Assembly (NCBI GenBank): GCA_951406725.2 | Contig: OX597837.1 | Span: 62,001 to 126,000, forward strand | Length of the DNA stretch: 64,000 nt | Source of the DNA: Octopus vulgaris | Lineage: Eukaryota | Direction of reading: 5' to 3' | In this document: piece by piece, positions 26,640 to 39,998 of the stretch | Layout of the letters: each line of letters begins with the position of its first letter | Position numbering within the stretch: position 1 is the stretch's first letter | Made by a program: the position numbers and the translations under genes | The notes under the pieces: generated by a model | Database searches by the model: none | What the model saw: only the letters and a program-made list of their open reading frames with translations | What the model was told of the DNA's origin: nothing

Positions 26640-27000
26640 AATATAAATATAATTATATAATTAAATTCAGGAGAAGTGAAAGATAAGCATATGTATTCCA
26701 TATGTTTACAGCTGTTTCGGAATTTGTATTCAATTACACCATTGGTGCTTTGTAGAAGATCAAGCTGAATGTAGTTCCAAATTTCACCTAACGCCGAAAG
26801 GCGGGACTTAAAGTTCCAGAGTCAACTTGATTTTCAATTCTAAGTATAGAGATTGTCCGATAATCTGTCGTTTATCTTAATTTTCGTCTGCTACAGATAT
26901 TTCTGTGCCTTCTAAATACAAAACAAGAAGAGGAGGGGATGCTCTCTCAAGAAGAATGCTGCAGTATTATGGCGATCTTGCAGTACATCTACATTAAGTA
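26640..27000 (-). mobile_element. Probable PLE 3'-end remnant with a hammerhead 3' half
   Basis: - strand GGAA...TTCC-GAAAC(AGCT)GTA. The CUGANGA half is not recognisable. Confidence 0.4.
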
Positions 27001-27086
27001 GGCTACAGTATGTATGTATATATATATATATATATATTCAGAGACATGTGTGTACATACATATATACACACTTATCTGCTTATCTA

Positions 27087-27134
<48 letters not shown>

Positions 27135-28099
27135 GAAGTGATTGATTGAATGATTGATAAATTGTCCCTAGTATTATCATTGTTTGATTAAACACTTCCT
27201 AATAAATCCGTAACTCCGTATACAGATATACCGACATTATATATTAGAGAGACAAATGTATATATATATATATATACACAAACACACACACACATATATA
27301 TATATATACACATATATAAATTCTCGTATATATGTGCATATGGGTATATGCATATGTGTGTGTATATATGTGTGTGTTTATATGTGTGCGTGTGCGTGTC
27401 AGTTAGTATGTGTGCGTGTGTGTGTGCGTGCGCGTGCGTGCATGTGTGTATTCGGACGCAGTGTGTGACGTATCGTGCAATAATTATGAAAGTCGTCTAG
27501 AAGGCTTCGATCAAAAGTCAGTCATTTATATCATAATGATCATCATCATGATCATCATCATGACCATCATTGCCACAATAACGACTACCTCCACCAGCAC
27601 CAGCATCACTACCAACACCACCATCACCACTATGACCAATACTACCACCATCACAGCCACCTCCACCATCACCACCACTGTCTTAATCATCATCACCATC
27701 ACCACCTCTACCACCATCACCACTACTACCACCATCCATCATCATCATCGTCGTAATCATCATCATCATCACCGTCGTCGTCGTCGTCGTCGTCGTCATC
27801 ATCATCATCATCATTATAGTGTCGTTAGTTATCTGGAAATGTTGATGGTAATTTTAGACGCAAGTGTTCCCATCTCACCGATTCACCACCATAACCCTTC
27901 CCCCCTCCCCGTCCCACCATCAATCACTGTTTGTCTCCGACTTTAGTCTTGCTCTTTAATCTCACTCTGTTTCTATAAACCTGTTCTGAAGATATAATGG
28001 TTGAATCATTACGCTAATGACAAGATTGCATGATCATCGCTTGGAATAGCCATTGTCAGTGGGACGGTGGGTGGATATACCTAGACACACACACACACA

Positions 28100-28147
<48 letters not shown>

Positions 28148-28482
28148 TATATATAAAATTATATATATATGCATTTATATATATATATTTTCGCATATAT
28201 GTATATATATATATATATTTACAAAAGTAAATATATATGTCATACCTAGAAAATATACTTACATAAATTTACATATGTACATGTAGACACACACACATAT
28301 ATATACATACGTCTGTACATAAAGACACATCGACATATATGTGCATATATATTAAATATATATGTATATTAGATATCGTATATATACATATATAATATAT
28401 TATATATATATCATGTTATATATGATATATGATATACGATATATATATATATATATATATATATGATCTATCTCTCTGTCTG

Positions 28483-28571
<89 letters not shown>

Positions 28572-28598
28572 ATATCTATCTATCTATCTACCTGACTG

Positions 28599-28658
<60 letters not shown>

Positions 28659-28677
28659 CTGACTGTCTATCTATCTT

Positions 28678-28801
<124 letters not shown>

Positions 28802-28853
28802 CCTCTCACACTCTCTCGCTACATATATATATATATATATATATATGTGTGTA

Positions 28854-28884
<31 letters not shown>

Positions 28885-29218
28885 TATATATATATATATA
28901 TATATATACGCATACACACACACACACACACACATATATGTACACTTAAACACACGTTACAGCATAGAAACGCACCTTTATTATTTGCCCCTTTGAAATG
29001 CCACATTTTCGCGCTGATCAAACAAGACAAGACATGATGCTATGTTTGGTAAATGGCACTAAACTTTGGCGGCAATTTCTCTGATTGACCCGTAGAAGAA
29101 GAAGAAGAAGAAGAAAAAGAAGAAGAAGAAGAAGAAGAAGAAGAAGAAGAAGAAGAAGAAGAAGAAGAAGAAGAAGAAGAAGAAGAAGAAGAAGAAGAAG
29201 AAGAAGAAGAAGAAGAAG

Positions 29219-29252
<34 letters not shown>

Positions 29253-29596
29253 GCAACAATAAGAGACCAAAGCTAGTACTAAATGGTCGCGTGGCGGCGC
29301 TGCTGCTCTGAAACTGATTAGTGATTTGGAGATTAGTGGGTTTGATGAGTTAGTAATTTGGAATCAAATGAAAGTATCTTGGCTTTGGTATGATCTGAGA
29401 GAGAGAGAGAGAAAGAGAAGGAGAGAGGGAGGGAGGGAAGGAGGGAGAGGTTAAGTGGTAAAGGAAGTGTATTGATTGGACGATCGATGGTTAAATAGAT
29501 CGATAGAAAAATGGTTAGTTAGGTGATAGATAGTAGATATATAGATAGCCGTAAGCTATTCATATTAACTTTTGTATGCATGCGCGCTCTCACACC

Positions 29597-29680
<84 letters not shown>

Positions 29681-29846
29681 CTCATACGCATACAATCTCT
29701 CACACAAACACATATATCTATATATATATATATATATATATATGTGTATGTTTACACCCATATATAGAATATAGAGAGACATCCATAGATACACTTCACG
29801 CCTTATTTTAGGGCAGACAGAAAGAGACTAAAAAAACATGAATTCA

Positions 29847-29894
<48 letters not shown>

Positions 29895-30109
29895 AACACA
29901 CACACACACGCACTCACATACACACACAACATACACACGCGCGCGCACACATATACACGCACACACACACACACGCTTCATCCGTAAAAGTGAGACGTGT
30001 GCGTTCGCTTGGATTTGTGGTTCGGCCATTCGGATTGTGGGTTTCATTCTTGGACTGGGCAATACATTGCGAAACAAATCAAAAAAATTCTTTGACCGTT
30101 CGAATCTTT

Positions 30110-30460
30110 TTCTTGTTTCTGCTTATAGACTGCGGCCATGCTGGGGCACCTTCTTGAAGAATTTTTAGTCGAATGCATCGACCCCTGTAGTTAAGTTTTT
30201 TTCCCACGTACTTATTCCATTAGTCTCCTTTTGCCGAACTGCTAAGTTACGGGGACGTAAACACATCAACACCGGTCGTCAAGTAGTGGTGGGGACAAAC
30301 GCACAAACACACACACACACACGCATGCACATATAACAATACGCGAATATACACACACATATATTCGACGAGCTTCTTTCAGTTTCCGTCAACCAAATCC
30401 ACCCGCAAGGCACTGGTGGGCCCAAGGTTATAGCAGAAGGTACTTGCCCACGGTGCCATG
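30110..30460 (-). mobile_element. SINE family B
   Basis: GACTGCGGCCATGCTGGGGCACC..GCCGAACTGCTAAGTTACGGGGACGTAAAC..CTTTCAGTTTCCGTC. Confidence 0.8.
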
Positions 30461-30499
30461 AAGTGGGAATGTTGATAAAAACTTTCTGAAAAGTATTGG

Positions 30500-30990
30500 A
30501 ACAAATGATGAAATGCTGAATCATGGTCGCCTGTGATGCTTATTTTTAAACAGGGGTTTGTTCGAAGTGGACGTCTGAGCTATAGAGTTTCTTTTTAACG
30601 ATCGCTGTAAAGCATTTGTAAGAGGCAGTGTTGAGGAAGAAGTTGGAAATACTGATAAACAAAACCTGGATGCTGCATCATGACAACGATCCTGGACATG
30701 CATCACTCCTTATCCGTAACATTTTGGCAAAAACACAGAATGTCTTTTGTTCCGCAACCATCCTACACACCGGATTTGCTTTCTGTGAACTTTTCAGATC
30801 CGCCCTGAAGTTTATCCAGTTTTCGACGATAAAAGAGATCGAAGAATCATCGAGACAAGAACTGCTAACGAATCCTGTAAATGCATCACAGAATGCGATC
30901 CAAATCTGTAAAAAATATTGGAACCAAAAATGGGGGTGGAATTATATTTCAAGGATATAAATCTTATTAAATTGTAAGTAAAACAATAAA
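30500..30990 (+). pseudogene. mariner transposase catalytic-domain fragment
   Basis: WMLHHDNDPGH (HHDNAxxH motif), shifted-frame PQPSYTPDL (YSPDL motif) and FSTIKEIEE. Confidence 0.8.
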
Positions 30991-32536
30991 TTAAACGCCT
31001 ATAGGAAGCATGACATCTCTTGATCCCGTGACCTTAACATTACGTCACATTTCGACAGTTATGTTTCTGCAACCAAGAACACGAGTTAGCAGCTTCTAAA
31101 TATATGATAACAGAAAGTGATAGTAAATTGTTTAAACTCTGAAGACGCAATTGAAATTATGGAAGACCTTCCGCACGAGATCAAAAGCTGATACAAATGG
31201 CGGAGACCAGCTTGTTGCTAGTTATCTGGCTTGGTTCGTGGTCTGAGACTACCTTCTTCACTGCTTCTCACAAGTCCTGGGTGCCTTGATATAAAAGGGG
31301 CACGGATGCAGTCCTACATCTCATCATTGATCAGTAAAGAAAAAAAAAGCAGAGCTCTATTTTATAAATAACACACAAACCTTTTCTCAGATAACAACAA
31401 CAGCAATAACAATAACAAGAACAAGCGAAAAGACGACATATTTTCCAAGAAGTTCAAATTGTATTTTTTCTGACGAAATTATTATCCTATTTGGCAGGTA
31501 AATTTAAAAACAATTTCATCCAACAATCAAAACTGAAGAGCTTGACAATAAAAAAACTCACTCAAATAAATGAATATTTGATCCTCTTTTCAGGAAACAA
31601 ACGAAAAATAAAAATGATATTGATACGGTATTATAATTATTGATTTATAATATCATAACTTTATTTATTTTATATCTTTAAAGACGACTTTCTTAAGATA
31701 AAATTGATTGTTTGTTGGTGGTTTTTATTTAACGTTTTTGTAAGTAATTTTTGACAACTTAGAGAAAAATTAATGGCGCGGACAAGTGGTACAAAATGGC
31801 CGCCAAATAATTTGGTTATCGCCTTCTTTAACGCCATTTTGTTTTTTTCAAATTTCATTTCGTTAAATTATCATCATCATCATCACCATTCTTGTTATTA
31901 TTATTGTTATTATTACTATTGTTGTTGTTGTCATCAACATCATCATCATTGTCAACATCACCATCATTATCATCATCATCGTCATCATCGTCATCATCAT
32001 CATCATCATCATCACCACAACCACCACCAATACCACAACCACTACCACCAATACCACCACCACCACCACCACCATCACCACCACCAGAACCACCACCAGA
32101 ACCACCAATACCACCAGCACCAGCACCACCACAATCATCATCGTTATATGTTGTGGTCGCTGCTGCCGTTGCTACAGTTGCTGCTGCTCTTCTTCTTCTT
32201 CTTCTTCTTCTTCTTCTTCTTCTTCTTCTTCTTCTTCTTCTTCTTCTTTTTTAGTGGAAACAAAAAAGTAATTAGGAATTTTCTTTTACCAATAATGACA
32301 AAGCCATTTATCTTTAAAATAAAAAGGAAAAGCATTTAAATTTAATTTTTTATTTTTATAAAGAGTTATTCAAACGACATTAAAGCAAACGTCTTTAAGT
32401 AGCTTTTCAAATCTTCAGATCAGGAAAAAAGTGTATTTCTTATTTATATAGTTATTTAAAAACATTTTAACCTTCTTCTTCTTCTTCTTCTTCTTCTTCT
32501 TCTTCTTCTTCTTCTTCTTCTTCTTCTTCTTCTTCT

Positions 32537-32617
<81 letters not shown>

Positions 32618-32694
32618 TCACGGCTCGTGTTATGGTTATTATAATCTAGTGTTTAATAAAGAAAGCATTATTATTATTATTATTATTATTACTA

Positions 32695-32815
<121 letters not shown>

Positions 32816-33013
32816 TATTATTATTAATATTATTATCATCATCATCATGATCATCATCATCACCTGGAAGGCGAAGAACATAATCAGCCACAATGACAAC
32901 AACATTCGAAGCAAACACCGCAGCAACAATAACAACGTTAGTTGACCCAAAAGCAAACACTTCCTGTCAACGATGAAATTTCGTGAGTCGTCAGAGAACC
33001 AGTAAATTCCATC

Positions 33014-33053
<40 letters not shown>

Positions 33054-33080
33054 ATATAGATAGATAGATATAGATATGAA

Positions 33081-33134
<54 letters not shown>

Positions 33135-33621
33135 TAATTTATATATTTCACATTTTTCGTCTTGAAATATCAATTACTAATTGTTTATTTGTTTATCTTT
33201 TATTTCAGCTTAATTTTCTTTCATAAGTCTTTTCGTTTGTGATTTTATATGTGAATGGATGTGCGTGTATACACGCTCTTACATTCACAAACGCATGCAT
33301 TCAAACAATCAAAAACATACACACAGAGACCAACACGTAATGTATGTATGGATGGATGTATTTATCTTTCTATAACACAAAATATATAATATTTGATCGA
33401 TTTTTTTTTGCCAAGAACAGTGCGGAGTTCCTGACACTGTAACGTCATGAAATTTATTCTAATTCATTATGAAGTTTGCCTCGTACCTATTTGTTCCGGT
33501 CTCTTGCGTCCCGTGTTCAAATCCTTCCGTATTGAACGTTTGTCTTTCAACCAAGCAAGTATTGGGGGAACCGATTCTTTTCAATCACTCTTCACTTTAC
33601 TCACACTCTCCCTCCCTCCCT

Positions 33622-33672
<51 letters not shown>

Positions 33673-33686
33673 CATTAAAGTTCGAT

Positions 33687-33725
33687 CTTGATGACGGGAG
33701 TTAACTCCCAAAATTTGAAAGTATA
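33687..33725 (+). ncRNA. Very degenerate hammerhead-like motif
   Basis: TTGATGA-C-GGGAG(TTAA)CTCCC-AAAA..GTA, abutting a TA repeat. G12 is lost. Confidence 0.3.
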
Positions 33726-33744
33726 TATATATATATATATTGTT

Positions 33745-33950
33745 TTCAAATTTTGGCAGAAGGCCAGCAATTTCGGGGTGGGAAAATTTGATTACATCGA
33801 CCCCAGAACTCAACTGGTTCTTATTTCATCGAATCTAAGGTGATGAAAGGCCAAGTTAACTTCGGTGCAATTTGAACTGAAAACGTAAAGACGGCCGAAA
33901 AGCCACCAGGCATTTTCCCCTGTGTGCTAATTATTCTGCCAGCTGGACAC
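33745..33950 (-). mobile_element. SINE family A
   Basis: TTCAAATTTTGGCAGAAGGCCAGCAATTTCGGGG..ATCGACCCCAG..TTTGAACTGAAAACGTAAAGACGG. Confidence 0.75.
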
Positions 33951-33976
33951 CTAAACATAACTATATATATTTACAA

Positions 33977-34280
33977 CGGTGAAGGTGTGTGGCCCAGTGG
34001 TTTGGGAGTTGCACTCACGATCGTGAGATCGAGGGTTCGGCTCCTGGATCGGGTGGCGCGTTGTGTTCTTGAACAAAGCATTTCACATAGGACCAGTTCA
34101 CTCAGCTGTAAATGGGTGTACCCTGCGACGGACTAGCCTCCGGATCAGGGCGAACGTTGGCTTGCTCGCATAGCCAGTGGGATGGCATCAACCCAAAGCT
34201 ATTAAAACGACCTAAAGCACATTGTGACCAGCGATGTATAACAACATCTGATAGTCTGGTCGATCACGTGATCACGTGAC
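33977..34280 (+). mobile_element. tRNA-derived SINE family C (tail shared with 42598-42905)
   Basis: TGGCCCAGTGG A-box, GGTTCGGCTCC B-box and tail TTGTGACCAGCGATGT..CATCTGAT..CACGTGATCACGTGA. Confidence 0.8.
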
Positions 34281-34329
34281 ATAGCAGCTTCGTCGTCCGT
34301 ACGTCCATTAATTCTACTCTCTAGGACCT

Positions 34330-34665
34330 ATAAAGCCAATATCCCAGTCAGCGCATCGTTGAAAGTCCTCCTGAATAGACTTGCCAGCTCGTTTACGTCG
34401 ACGCCAGGGTCTCCCAGAGGACGTCGTCTCACTTCCTCGTTATTTATCCTCTGTATATAACTAAAGTGGAACATCCACCGATCCTATTGCGTGATTGGTA
34501 GAGGACAGTGAGCGCCTGACGACATTCTAAGTGCCAGGCGCTCAGTCTCGGTCTAGCTTTCACCCAGGACTGCAGCTTCGTGAAAGAGACGGGCTGTCTC
34601 ACAAACAGAGCCCCCATACGTTCACCTAGAAGTCGTTGCAGGTAGTGCAACCTGAGTGCGTGTCA
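34330..34665 (-). mobile_element. Diverged Tx1-like ORF2 fragment
   Basis: HALRLHYLQR..FTKLQSWVK..WHLECRQAL..IYRG aligns with HALRLRHLR..TELQSWIK..WHRKCRVAL..FYRG of 7955-8512. Confidence 0.75.
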
Positions 34666-34786
34666 ATCTGTCTGTTTACCTGTCTGTATAGCATAGAATA
34701 TGTGTTACATTAGTTTATCAAAACATAATTAGATATATACCTAGGAGGTCATACGAATGTGTTATTCTAAACTTCTGCAGTAGCCT

Positions 34787-34879
34787 GTTGCTGCGTGTGG
34801 ACCTTCCCGTTGCTGCGTGTGGACCTTCCCGTTGCTGCGTGTGGACCTTCCCGTTGCTGCGTGTGGACCTCCCGTTGCT
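34787..34879. repeat. 22-bp GC-rich minisatellite, ~4.3 copies
   Basis: Unit GTTGCTGCGTGTGGACCTTCCC. Confidence 0.95.
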
Positions 34880-34944
34880 CAATGGATAATTCGTTTATAC
34901 GACAGGATCCTGCGTATGAAGTGTGTTCATTAAGTGGTTACAAT

Positions 34945-35575
34945 ATTTCAGTGTGGTGACGCGATGAGCTGGCAGAATAATGAGCGTGCCGAACAAAATG
35001 CTTAACGGCATTTCTTCCGATTTTAAGTTTGTAAGTTCAAATATTCGCTGAGATCGACTTTGCTTTTCATCTTTTCGCAGTCGATGAAATAAATACCACC
35101 TGAGTAATGGGGAACGATGTAATCGACTGCACCTGAAATTGCTGGTTTTGTGCCAAAAATATGAAACCTGCTTTTCAGTGTGGTGAAATGGCGAGCTGGC
35201 AGAATCGTTACCGCGCCGGACAAAATGTCTGACTACATTTCTTCCGATTTTACATGGTCAGTTGGCAAAAACGTTAGCTGGACAAAATGCTCGGCAGCAT
35301 TACGTCTGTTTTTACGTTCTGAGTTCAATTTCCGCCGAGATCGGCTTTGCTTTTCATCCTTTCGGTATCGATTAAAGAAAATACCAGCGAAACACTGGAT
35401 GGGGTCGATGTAATCGACTAGCCCTCTCCCCCAATATTCAGGCCTGAGTTCAATACTGGTGGCGTCGACGTTATCTTTCATCATTCCGGAGACAATAAAA
35501 TAAGTACCAGCTTATCAGCCAGCCTCACCCTACCCCCGCCAAATTCAGGCTTTGTGCTGGTAGCAGAAATAATGA
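34945..35575 (+). mobile_element. Tandem cluster of SINE family A copies and fragments
   Basis: Repeated GAGCTGGCAGAAT.., GAGTTCAA.., CTTTCATC..TAAGTACCAG modules. Confidence 0.75.
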
Positions 35576-35855
35576 TTAAATGTTAATAATGCAAGGTATA
35601 AAATAAAAGTAATGTAAATTATAGAATGCAAAAAGCCATGAAGAGTAGAAGATGACGCCGCCGCCGCCGCTTTGGTTTCCATTGATTTAGTTCAGTGTTG
35701 ATAAAGAATGGTTTATTGACTGCTTCCAGCATCGCGACAAAGCAAGTCTAGGTTAACCTCTCTGTTGACTTTATGTTCTGTAATCTTAAAATAATGCATT
35801 AAACTTGCATAAACTTACATTATCCAAGTTACGGTGGAACCAGGCAGTGGAATTA

Positions 35856-35908
<53 letters not shown>

Positions 35909-35936
35909 ATACATATATACACACATACATACATAC

Positions 35937-35980
<44 letters not shown>

Positions 35981-36172
35981 CATGCGCATTTAAGCTTATG
36001 TAGGTGAAATATTACTTTATAACATAAATCTGTATTCACAAATAACTGCATTATATTCGTATATATACATACGTATGTATGTATGTATGTATGTATGTAT
36101 GCACATATGTATACATGTATCTATATATATAAAAGTATCTATCTATATGTACACACACAGATGTGAGTGTGC

Positions 36173-36212
<40 letters not shown>

Positions 36213-36214
36213 TT

Positions 36215-36251
<37 letters not shown>

Positions 36252-36271
36252 CACTTTTATATACATACATA

Positions 36272-36319
<48 letters not shown>

Positions 36320-36385
36320 ATTATATGTATACATGCAGATGTGAATGTATCCTTCACCTCCCCCCCTCTCTCTCTCTCTCTCTCT

Positions 36386-36437
<52 letters not shown>

Positions 36438-37243
36438 CGAAACATATCTGTTGGTAATCGGATCACAGCAGAAGAGCTCCTTACCCTTTTGGCATCTTTA
36501 TTATATTCTTCCTTAATTCCGATTGCATTTTGTGTGTAAAGGTGAATGAATTCCTGTAGAAGCTGGAAACATAGACTGTAAGTCCTTTCCAAAGATCTTG
36601 GAAGGGCGGCGAAGCGTAAAGCGAAGAAGATTCAACATCTTCGCTTACTGTTTAAAGTTAATACATGACCTATAGAAGGGATATGGCTTGTCTTGAAAAC
36701 CACTGGACTGAGACAGGAGGAGTTGATGTTGGAAACGGAATATTTTAATACGTGTGTACGTGTGTGTGTGTGTGTGTGTATGTGTGTATGTGTGTGTCTG
36801 TGTGTGTGTAATTAAACATACGCTCAAAACATATGCACATACATATATTTGAACATGAATCTGCATTCATGCATATAAATGAGTGGCCTGTATCTTCATG
36901 TTTACATACGCACACACACACACACACACACGTGTATAAATATCTATATCTATGCATACATAAATACATATATATAAATACACACACACACACACATACA
37001 CACACACACACATACCTTCGTATATGTGTTATATGCGCGTGTGTATGTGTATGGGTGTATAGACGTATAAATATGAGTGTAAATTATATTTGAAGATGTT
37101 TGTATGAAGATACGTATTCATGTATGAACTTATCAATATTTCTAACAATACACACAAACAGACAGACAGACATATATATACATATATATAAATGCGTGTA
37201 TACACACACACACACATATATTACATATCTCTCTTTCTTTCTT

Positions 37244-37288
<45 letters not shown>

Positions 37289-38669
37289 GCACAAGTATAT
37301 GTATGTGTGTGTGTATACATTTACATGTATATTGCCTGGTATATTGAAATGTAGTGATATGAAAAACTAGCAGACAAACCTACATGTCTGGCTACACACA
37401 CACAAACACAGATATATATGTATATACACTGTCATGTACCTGACATGCTTTTGGTGCTCCCACCGTCGACACATCAAACCATTTGATCCTTTGTATTATT
37501 TTAGCCTCCAGTCTTTGGTATTCAGATTTTGTAAAGGTGGCGAGTAGAACGTGAACAGCACTTTCCCTTTCTGGCACCCAAACCACCACCACAACCACAA
37601 CCACCACCACTAGCACCACCACCACTAGCACCACCACCACTAGCACCACTAGCACCACTAGCACCACCGCCACTAGCACCACCACCACTAGCACCACCTC
37701 CACAACCACCGCCGCGCCGCCGCCGCCACCACTATCACCACCAGAACCACCACCACAACTGCCGCCACTATTACCACCACTACCTCCACCACCATTACCA
37801 TCATCACCACCAGCACCACCAACATCACCACCACCACCATCACCACGACGACGACCACCACCAGCGCCGCCATTTCTCGCCGCAACCACCCAAACACACC
37901 AGTTGCTATCATCAAGTGTCTGCAACTGCAAGTATGATGTCATCCGTAATATCACCACGCCCTCGTCACAGCGATATTATCATCGTCGCCTCAACTACCC
38001 CTTGCCCCCAAACTCACTCCGTCCACCGCCGCGCTCATCGCACACATCTGCTTCCATTATTATCGTGTCGTGTCCTACAACTCGCATCTTCACTGCTTCA
38101 TCATCATCATCATCATCATCATCATCGGCACTAACACCATCTTTATTTTCTTCTTCTTCTTCTTCTTCTTCTTCTTCTTCTTCTTCTTCTTCTTCTTCTT
38201 CTTCTTCTTCTTCTTCTTCTTTTGCATCCTCCTCCTCCTCCTCATCATCATCCTCATCATCATCATCATCGTAAAAACCAAAATAAATGCCAAACAGCAA
38301 CTAAAACACCACCACCACCACCACCACCACCACCACCACCACCACCGCCGCCGCCGCCCCAAAAATGTTTCCCCACCCCTCTCTGTTATGCTCCCCGGCC
38401 CTATAAATCCCCACAGTTATATACTTTATCAATTTTGCCCCCGTCCACTCCCGTCGCCTCTCCTTTCCGTTTATTAATTGTGATCAATGACGTCAGGTCA
38501 TTCTTTGTTGGTGTCAGTTAACAATCCTAATCTACTTAGATCTGATAAGAGCTCCCTAATTATAATTAACATGATAATATTAACTAAGCACTCCCTAATT
38601 CATTATGTCTGCTAACGTCAACCAAAGATCTTGCAAAATATATCAGATATTAATTTCACATAATTCCAG

Positions 38670-38870
38670 CAATTTTAGGAAAGCCGAGGCGGGGGGAGGG
38701 ACTAATTCGATTACATCGATCCCCTCCCCCCAAGTGCTCGACTCGTACCTATTTTATCAATCCTGAAAGGAAAAACAGCAAAGTCAAGCCCGGCGGAATT
38801 AGAACTCAAATACAAAGCTACTAAGCATTTCGTCCGGCGTGCTAACGATTCCACCAGCTCGCCGCCCTTT
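38670..38870 (-). mobile_element. SINE family A
   Basis: CGATTACATCGA..GGCGGAATTAGAACTC..GCTAACGATTCCACCAGCTCGCC. Confidence 0.75.
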
Positions 38871-38961
38871 ATAATATAACAGGTAGTGACTGTCATTAAT
38901 TCTAAGATCAACAATGAGTGAATATAGCAGCTATTTCTATTAAGAAAAATGATTACGTAGA

Positions 38962-39110
38962 GGCTTCCTGAAGCAACCGCTAAGTTATGGAGATCGAAAC
39001 ACACCAACTCGTAAAAGACATTTTCTATTCCTGAGCGTTATACTAATACATCTGTTTGTTTTGTACACCACCTGTCTTCGTCTTTTGTTTTTTTTTTCGT
39101 AAACTCTCAC
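38962..39110 (+). mobile_element. PLE-terminus remnant with degenerate hammerhead
   Basis: GGCTTC-CTGAAGC...GAAAC..GTA-AAAGAC, then a T-rich tail ending at a TA run. The tail resembles 3125-3207 (TTCCTGAGCG..TAATAC). Confidence 0.4.
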
Positions 39111-39144
39111 TATATATATATATATATATATAGGCATACATACA

Positions 39145-39455
39145 AAGAAGCTTGCTTCCCAAGCACATGGTCTCGGGTTCAGTCTTACAGCGTGGCACCT
39201 TGGGCAAGTGTCTTCTACTGTAGCTTCGAGCCGACCAAAGCCTTGTGAGTAGATTTGGTAGGCTGAAATTGAAAGAAGCTCGTCGTGTGTCTGTGTGTGT
39301 TTGTTATTTGTGCCTGTGTTTGTCCCCATCATCGCTTGACAACCGATGTTGGTGTGTTTACGTCCCCGTCACTTAGCGGTTCGGCAAAAAGCGACCAATA
39401 GAATAAGTATTAGGCTTACAAAGAATATGTCCTGGAGTCGATTTTTTCGACTAAT
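39145..39455 (+). mobile_element. SINE family B
   Basis: GAAGCTTGCTTCCCAAGCACATGG..GGCACCTTGGGCAAGTGTCTTC..TTAGCGGTTCGGCAAAA. Confidence 0.85.
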
Positions 39456-39469
39456 CACCTCTACAGTTG

Positions 39470-39998
39470 AATCGTGATTTTAAAATGTTAATTTATATTA
39501 CATGACTGGCAATTCTCTGCTTAATATAACATGAGCTAGCTCCTATATAGAAATACTCCCTATTCTCTGAGGCAACCTTACAACTGTACACGATATTTTT
39601 ATATCTACAATTAGATTTAAGCGGACAGATCCTGTTCCTTGCACAATCACATTTAATAGATCTACAACTCCTATTAATAGTATCCTCTTCACCTTCTCCA
39701 GATGTGATTTCTACATTCTCCTGTCTATTTTCTAAGTTTGCACATAGACAGCATTTTGAGCACTGCGCTTTTGAGGATTCACATCTTCTGCTTCCGGACT
39801 AAGAAGAGAGAGAGTTGACTCAAGTTTCTTTTATTTTATTGGTTGTCAAACCATAGTTCCTATCCTGAGACGTGGTCCTGTTCCTTGTGGTTTGTTCGCT
39901 CATGTTGACATTGTTGCTATTTATTGATCTATAATTATAATTCTGGTTACGATTATTGCTATTGTTCACATGGAAACAGTTAAATTTACTAGCGTTGT
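39470..39998 (-). pseudogene. Naiad-type Penelope-like element fragment (Asn-rich linker, CxCx5Cx5C finger, GIY-YIG)
   Basis: Manual translation of 39660->39496: SIKCDCARNRICPLKSNCRYKNIVYSCKVASENREYFYIGASSCYIKQRIASHVI*. Not in the ORF track. Confidence 0.8.

Noticed and set aside
39799-39822. In-frame TGA in the Naiad fragment as a selenocysteine codon
   Set aside because: It lies in the variable linker rather than at a conserved Cys and is followed in frame by a TAG, so decay is the simpler explanation.
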